Both the position numbers and the translations under genes were made by a program. From positions 434,001 through 498,000 of the forward strand of contig CAJFCJ010000021.1 in NCBI GenBank assembly GCA_904063045.1: a stretch of DNA of 64,000 bases. Reading direction: 5' to 3'. Below the pieces are notes generated by a model that saw only the letters and a list, made by a program, of their open reading frames with translations, had not been told where the DNA came from and ran no database searches. Origin of the DNA: Dimorphilus gyrociliatus (Eukaryota > Animalia > Annelida). Shown here in pieces: positions 54,618 to 64,000 of the stretch (within the stretch, counting starts at the first letter, position 1; every line of letters begins with the position of its first letter).

Positions 54618-55501
54618 TTATATTAGTATATTCTTTGTTATTTTTATACAATTAATCTTCTCAATATCTCCTTTTTCTCTCCATCTATCTCTCTGTCTAT
54701 CTGTCGCTCTTGATACTTATCTCTGCTTAAAATACACATTTTGAAATTTATAAACAAAAAAATGTTAATGGTAGTTAACTTTACGAGAAAAATGATAACG
54801 TCTTTCCATCTATGTCAATTCACATCGTAAGAATAAGTATTACACTGTTAACGTATATTCTTCTGCTGTAGTGGTAGACTGCAATTACATTTTGCAGTTT
54901 TTAGCAACACTATACTATTATAGTGTAACTAATGTCAAGTTTTTCTATTTAGTGAAATACTATAATCTATACTTAAATAATACTTTTAGAATAAGCATTG
55001 TTTCATTTATATTTAGATGGAAAAGGACAGAGAAATAGCACATCAGAATCCTGAGCTACGTGTCTCCTTGCAACAGCAAATAGAGAAAAAAAGCAACATC
55101 AATATCTTTTTATGAAGATATCTTTTCCGACTCCATAAATATAATTATTTGGTGACTTTAATATCTTCGTTTCTTGTTAATATTCCATACTATAGGATTG
55201 TAGAAGCGTCGATAAATTCTATTAGAGGATAAAAGCGTTGAGTTAATGCGATTAACATTCGATTGCAGAGGTTACTGTCCACTTCTTTTTCTTTTCTCTC
55301 ATCCTTCTTTTATTGATTGATTATCTATCGTAAAAGAGAAGAGATAAACCATAGATCATAAAGAATTTGGGTGTACACTCACAACTCTTAGGCATTTTTT
55401 TGGAATACTATCAAAGATTTTGCACACCTGAACGAATTATCTTTATAGTATCATAATAAATATGACGCATAAGCTATCCACTCGTCATTCGGACGTTTAG
55501 A

Positions 55502-57498
55502 ATGAAAATGGCAAAGTTCGTTTTCTGTCTTCTATTTCTAACCACTGCTGTTTCTAGTTAGTACTTTTCTTTGATATCTTGTACAGTTTTATTCTCTTTA
55601 CTTCTTTTGTTTTTTTTCTTTTTTAGCTTTTTTTTTACTTCTCATTGATTTTTTCTTTCTTCTTCCACATGGAAAAAAATAGTTGTAGTGTGAAAAACAT
55701 TATAACTAGTTTCCTTTACTTGTTACCTTCTAATGTATATAATTTTGATAATTCTATACTTTTCTGGTTTTTAAAACTAACAACTCCTATTTTGTTTATA
55801 ATAAAACCTATTAACCGACTAATTGAATATGTATTGTTGCTTAAAAAGGTAAAGGAAATAAGGATAATTTTGAAAAAATTATCCAACTGCTCATTTCGGA
55901 AAATGGAAATAGTGATTTAAATGAATTAATAGGAAGTGAAGAGTCTGGTTCTGGTTCTACTTCTATACCTTCTACACCTTCTACTGTCCCTACTCCCATT
56001 CCTACTATTAATCCAAATCAATTTTGTCGAGACAATTTTATTTCTTTAAAATTTCAGAATCTTACCTATAATGAAGTAAATATTTAGTTGCCTATTGAAT
56101 ACTAATCAACCTTTCTTTTACTACCCTTTTCAACTAGTTTACAAGTGACGCAAGTTCGGCATCTAATTCCCGACGGTTGAAATTATCGATGTCATTGGCT
56201 TTAAGTCAAAGATGTGACAATATATCCCAATGCAGAGAGACAAATAGAACAGTCTTCAAGTATGTTTCCTCTTAATCTGTATCAGTTTTTCTCTTTAGTC
56301 TATGTAAACACTTATTATTTATCAGTTGGGGAAAACGAAAATAAAAAAATGAAATGATTTCCTTTCAGTGAAAACGATATAGCTTTAAATAATTCTGAAC
56401 AAATAAGTGGTGTCGAAACTAGCTTAACCGTTGACATATGTATCCTGCAAATTCCTCTTTCAAGATTTGGTGAAAAATTATCACTTTTCAAGAGAGCAAG
56501 TCTACAAATAGTTGTCGAAAATACAAAAGTTAGAGAAATAATTGAAGAAAACTTTGGTAAAAAAGTAAGTAACTATTGGATAGAGAAATATTTAACATAT
56601 CTATTTTCTTTGTATAAATAACCCTCTAAAAGAATATACATCAAAAATATTTATCTATTTATAGTAGTTTTTATGAATTTATCAGCATGTTTCACAAAAT
56701 ATGTGTTCCAAATTTTTTGAATAGTCTTCAAACCACTGACCAACTTTATCTTTATGTAGTTCTTACTGTGTTGAAGACGAACTTAGACTATAAATAATTT
56801 TATCTTTTTATAATACGACGTCACGTGAACATTTATATTCTTCAACTTGTGGTAATTATCATCATTATTGATAAAAAGACACACAAAGGGAAGATTTTCA
56901 TTTAAATAGTTTAATTATTAATTTATTCACAACTTATTGAGTTTTGTAGAATGAAAAGTACTAATTCTATAATTCCTTTTTACCCCATTAGTATATTGTC
57001 ATAAAAGAAGAGACAACTAGCAGTAGCGGATTGAAGGGTTGGCAAATCGCTTTGATCGTGATAGGAAGTGTTCTAGGTGTGGGATTAATAGCTGGTTTTA
57101 TAATTATAATGATAAAAAAGAAAAATAGGTAAGTATGGTGTGCTGATGAAGTTTTATTGATATAAACGCCTTCTTCTCTTAATATTTTGCATAAATAGTC
57201 TCTTTTTTTTTAGGTAAAAATCATTTTCCTAAAAAAAAACTAAAGCTTAATTAGGCTGATTAATTGAAAAGATGAGAAAGAGATAAAAATATTCTCTGTT
57301 TTTTTTTTATTAATAATCTAAAATGTAACAATTACTGCTTTAAACTATCGGTAACTTATTAGAGATCAAAAGGCGTTCACTGTACAAAGAAACAAGCTTA
57401 TAATAGTACCCGCTCAGAGAACAACAAGCGTTCAGGACATTGTAACATCTCCACAAGAAGCTGAAGAGAATCGATATGAAAACGTAATGAAGGATTGA
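55502..57498 (+). CDS. Unrecognised type I membrane protein (paralog B), 262 aa
   Basis: Exons 55502-55556 (signal peptide), 55933-56075, 56138-56259, 56369-56564, 56992-57128 (TM), 57363-57498 all join in frame. Four ectodomain Cys; tail ends RYENVMKD*. Confidence 0.8.
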
Positions 57499-59759
57499 AA
57501 GAATATTTAAAACTTTAAAAAATAGTATATATTAAACGTAATGTTTTTTATTAATTAAATGACAAAATCAATAATTAAATAACTAATTTTTCTTTATTCT
57601 AATTTGTTTCTTAACCATTTAATTAAATTATTCTTCAAATGTGTTGTATCAAAAAAGGGAAATGTAAAACGATTTATTTTGTATCACTATCAATTAGATA
57701 GTCACTTTTATAAAGAAAGATTTCTTTATACGCAATCTAATCATTATGATTAACTTTTCAACTAACTTAAATCTTTGCATTATAAGTATAATTCAAGATT
57801 AACTGGCTAAAAAACTCCAAACAGCCTAATTCTATTTCTACGTAATAATACAAAGTATCTTTAGTGTCACTTGACTCATTAATTTTCTGTTAGAATCGTA
57901 ACGTCACAAAGAAAGATATTCAAAGCGAAAATTTCAATTAAAAGTATAGTGTAAAGAAAACTAAGTCGATGAAAAAAATACTGTCGGTAGAGCTCATTAC
58001 AAGCAAAATGGTTAAACCATGCTGAGAAAAAGAGGAAATATGAATATATTTTATAAATTTACCTCTAATAAACATATCACCTATATATACTTCATCACTT
58101 TGCAAGCTCTTTTAACTTCCTTATACAGATGTACGGCTCTATATATGAGTAATAAGGGATATTGACAATATTTTCTCTGACTTTGTTTTTAGTTTTTGTT
58201 TATTATCTAATTTAATTTTAAGATATTAAAAATTCTTTATTGAAAATAACTAGTTGTCAAGGAACTTTAAAGATTAAAAGAAGATTTTTAAAGTCTAGTG
58301 TCCTTTCTTTTTCTTTTTTAATGATTTTTAACATCGTTTAAGTGGGTTGAACTGACTCACTTGTTCAAATAGTAAAAATTCAATTGTGAATTATGTAAAC
58401 TACTCACTGAATGTCATTATTTCTTAATAGAGATTCGATGACTAGTCTGAGTGTTTATTACTATTGCAAATACTTCATTGATAATCCTTCAATTTTCCAA
58501 GGTTAAATCGTATTCGTCATGATATTATCAACAAGAACAATCTGAGACTAATGTTGTATGGTACTATATGATATACTATATATATGCAGTATAAAAAATA
58601 TACAGTATATGTATAAAATAGATATTGATAAAAGTTAACCGAGAGATTATTAGATATTTTAACTTCCTTATTATAGATATTCAAGCAAGTGATATTCAAG
58701 GGTCATATTTGTGCCTTGAATGAAAGATATAGAAGAAGTGCACTCTTTTAATTCGAAAAATATTTGACCGTGACTTTTAAACTAAATAAATAAATAAACA
58801 AAGTTAATTTAGTAAGGAATGGATTAGTTAATCAACTATTTAAGTAATTAAGTAATTTATCATGGCCGATATAATTATTTTAAGAACTATTTCTTACAGA
58901 TGAAAGAACATATTATATTTCAATTGAAATGATCAGATAAGCATAATTTATTGACTTATCATGAAGAGTGTCTTGTTTAATTCGAGAAAAAATAATTTAC
59001 TTGTGTACTCATTATCTTCTAGATACAATTAATATTGAAAATAAAAGATTCTTCTATACATAATCTAATCATCTGTGCAATTGAATTTTTAATATCAAAA
59101 GAGATATTAATAAACATAAGTTTCGAAATTAATGAATTGCAATAATCATCGGAATCATTTTTAGGACTAAATAAATAGGAAATTTATAAAGAGGTTGTAT
59201 ACTTTTTTATACTTTGTTTTATTAATTTCTATAAATTTTATCCCTTCTCCCTTTTCCTTCTTTATATTCCTCTGAACCAATCCTTTTAAACATAGACAGA
59301 GATTAAAGTTTGATAAATTATCCGAACTTTGCTTACATATTACTTATATGTCAATTTGTTATATTCAAATTTTGTAACAATAAACAGTATCAGACATCAC
59401 AGAATAATGTTTTTTCTATTTTCGTTCTTGCCTCGTTTTATTTATTAATATTAAGATATTTTAACAAAATATCGGTCTATATACTTTCGTTTACGTAGTA
59501 TAGGTTGTTTGAAATGTATAACAAACATAATATATAGAGGAATACATTGTAAATTAGTTGAACTTTAATATCAGTATTTTAGGTTTATATGCTGTAACTA
59601 AGATCATTAGCTATAAAAAATTAGATTCTTTCAGAGTAAGATACTGTCTATAGATAAGAGCTAATCGATATTAAGATATTATATCAAAGTATATAAGAAA
59701 GTTTATATCAAGAATGTTTTCATTAGCAACTGCTTTAAGTTGGAGCATTTGAAGAAATT

Positions 59760-60705
59760 ATGAAATTTTCTACGTGTATTATTTTTATTTGTTTCCAATG
59801 CCTTTTCGTTCTGTTAAATGGCTTAACAGGTTTCTTTCATATTTTATTATTTTATATGGGTTCTTAATTGACAAAGGATTATAAAAATTTTATCATCTTT
59901 CTTGGATTAAATTAAACTAAAGTTTCTTAAACTTCTTAAATTCTCTATCTCCATCTACATATCTATCTCTTTCTCTTTAGAAAATGAAATGAAAAACCTG
60001 GTGGATCTCCAGTTAAAAGATATAAAGTACGATGAAATCTTTGCTGGCTCGGGTTTTCCACCTGCAAGATCTTGTGCAGAGGACAGCGTAGGAATTCAGA
60101 TTTTTGACCTAAAAAAATCCGAAGTCTGTTGAAAATAAACTTTTATTTTCATTCTAATTTCAAATTCAACTTTTATTCAATTAAAGTTTGACGATACGAA
60201 CAATAATAACGGCGCACATAAGGGTAAACTTACCGAGGGTCTACGACTAGGAATTAATAGATATTGCACTTTAAACAGCTGTCCATCCGGTGGAGAATCG
60301 ATCAAGTAAGTTAAAACACCTAAGATTTCTTATAAACTTTCAAAATATTTTTATTAAATTTATAGAGATTCAGATGTCACTTATGGACCTGACGTTGTCG
60401 AGCGCAGTAATAACCTATATTTGAGCGTATGTATTGTTCGTTCAAGTCTTAGATTTGGAAATGCGGCTTCTTTGTTTTCAAGACAACAACTGCGAGAAAT
60501 ATTAGCAGACTCCGTCACTATATCTGAAATCCGAACTGTTTTTCCTAAAAGGCTAATAGTTGCAGATCCGCCAAAGTCAAAGGGTTTGAAAGGATGGCAA
60601 ATAGCTCTAATAGCTGTTGGATGTGTAGCTTTTGTAGCTCTTATTGCTGGAGCAATAATATTTGCGAAGAAGAAGAAGAACTCAGCAGTTCAAGATAATT
60701 CTTAA
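59760..60705 (+). CDS. Unrecognised type I membrane protein (paralog C), 223 aa
   Basis: Exons 59760-59829 (signal peptide), 59981-60123, 60187-60305, 60366-60705 join in frame. Shares four Cys, RFG..SLF.R..L and GLKGWQIALI with paralog B. Confidence 0.82.
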
Positions 60706-63385
60706 GAAGAAAGTGTTGAAAATTATCTTAATCTACTTTCATTTTTATAAAATACATTATATTCAGTATATATATATATACAGTATAAATATATATTTTC
60801 TGTATATATAATATATATACAGTATATATACACCCACTCTTAGGTTTCAGGGAATTTCGTTCCGGTTCATTGAACAAATCAACGGAAAATGAGTTTCTCA
60901 TTCCCGTACTGTTTGTGATACAGAGTGCCTAATATATATATATATATATACTGTATTTGAAAATTCAAATTCTTTATATATACATTTATAAAAGCCAAAA
61001 TATAAAAAGAAAATCTGTAGCAAAGCTGAAGTATTATTCTCCTTCCTCCAAAATACGAGATAACACAAGTAACCATGGAAACTTGGCTTTCTATTGTATA
61101 CTGATATGATATTATTCAGTGTAAACAAACAAGGACTAAATTTTTCATTTAGAAACATACTTATAATAACAATAATGAGATAAAGTAAATAAAATGTACA
61201 TAATATTCAATGTATTAAATGTTTATTTGCCCTTTAAAAACCTTTGGTAGCATGCTACTATAAATATCATGTATTTCCTATATTAGCATATCTAATCTAT
61301 AAAAATGCTATATACTTTGCATCGAACTTTCGGGCTTTTTTTGCATGTTAAATAGAAACAAAGTTTCTATTATCTGCTATTATTATTAATTTTTTCTTTT
61401 TTTTCCTTCTTTCTTTCTTTCTCTCTTTCTTCTTCTCCTTTTACATTCATATTTTTGTAGATTTTTATTAATAATTATCCTTCTTTCGTTGAAAGATAAC
61501 TAAGGTAAACGCCGCCTTATTTTAGTATAGATTGATAAGAAGTAAAACGTATAAAACATACTGTATATATACATATATGAAATTCCATTGAAAGCAGATT
61601 GTATATAGATCCTTAAACGTTCTAATAGCAATATTATTCAATTTTATAGATGCTATATTATACTCTATATTTCAATTACTATTACGAACAAAGATAGATT
61701 AAGAATCTTTATATAGTAGTAGATAGTTTCTCGTTAACGATAATAAGGGTAGTAGTAATAGAGAATATTCAAAAATAGTAATGTTTCTTCAAAGAGTAAA
61801 CAAGCAACAGTTGAAATTTGCCAAAAATATATTTTTCTCTTTCTTCTTAAATAATTATATCAGTAGAATAGATAAAGTAAGATGAGGAAAAATGAAAGGA
61901 ATCACTAATGAAATGTTTCGGAAAAATCAAAAGAGTAGATTCTGCTAGGGGATCTACTCAACTTACTACAAACAATTTTAAAGATGTATAACAAACTTAA
62001 ATAACTAGGAAAATATTTTGATATAATTGGCTATCGTATGAGTTTTAAAAATTATTGAAGTCAGAACAAGAATAAGAAGAAAGAGAGTATCTTTCTTTTC
62101 CTACTTTCATTCTTATAATTTTCTCCATAAAATCATATAGATTACCTTTCATCATAAGTAACTATTGTTGAAATGTTCTAATAAAACATTCACATCTCTT
62201 AAATTGGAAAAGAGACGCCTAATTTTTGTTCTATACAGTATATACTTTAAAGATTGTATAGTTTAGATCATTTTTAAAAAACTATCATAATCTTAATATA
62301 ATCACTGCTATAAATCAGACAGTACCGGTTTTACTGCTTTATAAACATATTTGTCTATTTTTTTCAGTTTTTTTCCCCTAAAATTGCTTATCTTACCTAC
62401 TTCAGAATTATAAATAGTAATTTCTTTTTTATCAATCTCTAACTTTTAACTTTATGCTGAAATTTTACTTTTTTTTAATAGTTTTTCTGATAAAAATAAT
62501 ACTAATACAACAAAAAGAAATTAGGAATTAGGAATTTATGAATTCAGCTGAAAAAATAAAACTTGATGAATCATATTTGATTAATATAGACATAATAACG
62601 ATATGTTGGTAAATCAACAGAAATTACTTTAGTGCTATTATTTATGTAATTACTCTGTAAAAATCTCTCTCTCTCTTTCTTTCTCTAAAGAAACCATACT
62701 ATTCCAAAAATTGCCCTATAAACTACTGATATACTACAAAAATTATATCATTAGTTTGGTAATAAATACTTCCAAGAAATGGGAAGAAATGTTTCTATTT
62801 CTAACTTTAAAAGAAAAACAAATTTGCCAATTTCAATTATATCGCTCAAGAAGACAAGCTGAACTAGCCATCAACCTATGTAAAAACGCAAGAGGAAAAT
62901 ACTATCTGTATTAAATATATATATATATATACAGTATTATAAGATTATATGCAAAAACGTCTAATTAAATTGCTCTGCTAATGAACACCAGATGTTCAAA
63001 CATTTTAAAATATCTCTAAAGAAAATTAACTGTTTTCCATCTATTTTTTTTTCTCCATAATTTTTGTCCTTCTTATCAAACCTATCAGACCTTAATATCT
63101 GCGCGTCTATATTGTTGTTATAGATGTAGATTATCAACTATGATTGTAGGATACAAAGTTCTTATGGCGTGTGCTAATATATCTTTTATTAAATTAAATT
63201 CTTCTGGGAAGAGTAGTAAGAAAACTTTATAGCATGAAGATTTGAGATTTTAAATTTGAAGGAAAAAAAGCGAATTTAGATATCCTTTCTCTCTTAGAAG
63301 TAACAGACAGGAAAATGATCTCCTAAAGAGAGAGAGAAAGAGTCAGGGTAAAAAAGAAAGACTTGGTTTATTATATTGTTGTACA

Positions 63386-63443
63386 ATGAAGGGAATATTG
63401 ATTTTTCTTTTAGGATCTTTTTCATTTCTTAGTACATTTTAAG
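63386..63443 (+). other. Possible small exon of an unresolved gene near the window end
   Basis: Strong donor AAG|gtgagt at 63444. Reads either DLFHFLVHFK from the acceptor at 63413, or as signal-peptide-like MKGILIFLLGSFSFLSTF followed by TAA. Confidence 0.25.
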
Positions 63444-64000
63444 GTGAGTTTTCTTTGAAGAATTTACTCTGAAGTGAATTTATGAAAATCGTAATTCACA
63501 AAGAAAATTGACTTTAAAGTTCTTCCTGAATATAATTAAATTAAATAAAATCTTATAAAATAAACTCTTGTGTGTGTTATATACTGAAGAACTGATATAC
63601 TCTGATTTATCGCTTGCATGTAAAAGTCTACAACGAATCATACGTATTGATAACAAAGGCTAAATGCTCAAAGACATATAACCACTAAACTTGTTCTTTC
63701 TTGCTTTCTTTTTCTTATCCAAAAAATTAAGCTAGTAATTGATAAGAATACTCTTTCTAATTTCAGCAATAAAGTATGTAATCTGGTTTCCATAGTTACT
63801 TTGAAAATGTTTTCAACGTTTCCTTCAACTTTTTTGTGATATATATATTATGTTTCCTTACTTGTGTATCTTCTTTTCAAGTTGTATCTTCTAGATCTTC
63901 TCTTTTCCGGATAATTTCTATAAAATTATGATTCCGTTAGTCGATCCATTACAAAGTGTAAGATAGGCCAACACTATTTTCCCGAAAAGTTAAAACTTTC

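Noticed and set aside
2444-55502. Acceptor-like AG just before several ATGs (PBLD, AAGAB, NIM1K, paralog B), suggesting trans-splicing
   Set aside because: Ordinary 5' UTR introns explain them, and no spliced-leader gene or operon evidence is visible.
1-64000. tRNA, rRNA, snRNA, CRISPR arrays, U12-type introns, intact transposons with terminal inverted repeats
   Set aside because: No diagnostic motifs seen by eye, and GTATCCTT hits do not fall at exon boundaries. tRNAscan-SE, Infernal and RepeatModeler would be needed to exclude them formally.

Overview
AT-rich, compact metazoan (eukaryotic) DNA with short GT-AG introns, mostly about 50-100 nt. Gene content suggests a lophotrochozoan, and the compactness would fit a miniaturised annelid such as Dimorphilus (inference only). 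I found no tRNA, rRNA, CRISPR array or intact transposon. Recognisable genes, modelled by hand across introns: ATOH8/net 3' end, PBLD, CPSF6, STOX/knockout, a MET/RON-like receptor tyrosine kinase, AAGAB, an intact orphan class A GPCR with a pseudogenised tandem copy, a 2438-aa polycystin-1-like gene, SDHAF1, C1GALT1, RWDD3 and NIM1K. Unrecognised genes: a 3-exon secreted six-cysteine prepro-peptide, a mucin-like membrane protein, a small type III transmembrane adaptor with ITIM-like and NPxY motifs, and two tandem paralogous single-pass receptors. Top signals: (1) the 89-aa Cys-rich peptide precursor, largely invisible to the ORF track; (2) dispersed TA-CAG-TA/TA-CTG-TA motifs matching Tc1/mariner excision footprints, one of which exactly explains a frameshift in the GPCR pseudogene; (3) the 54-61 kb cluster of small tyrosine-motif membrane proteins. 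Exon coordinates were read manually and may be off by a base or two.
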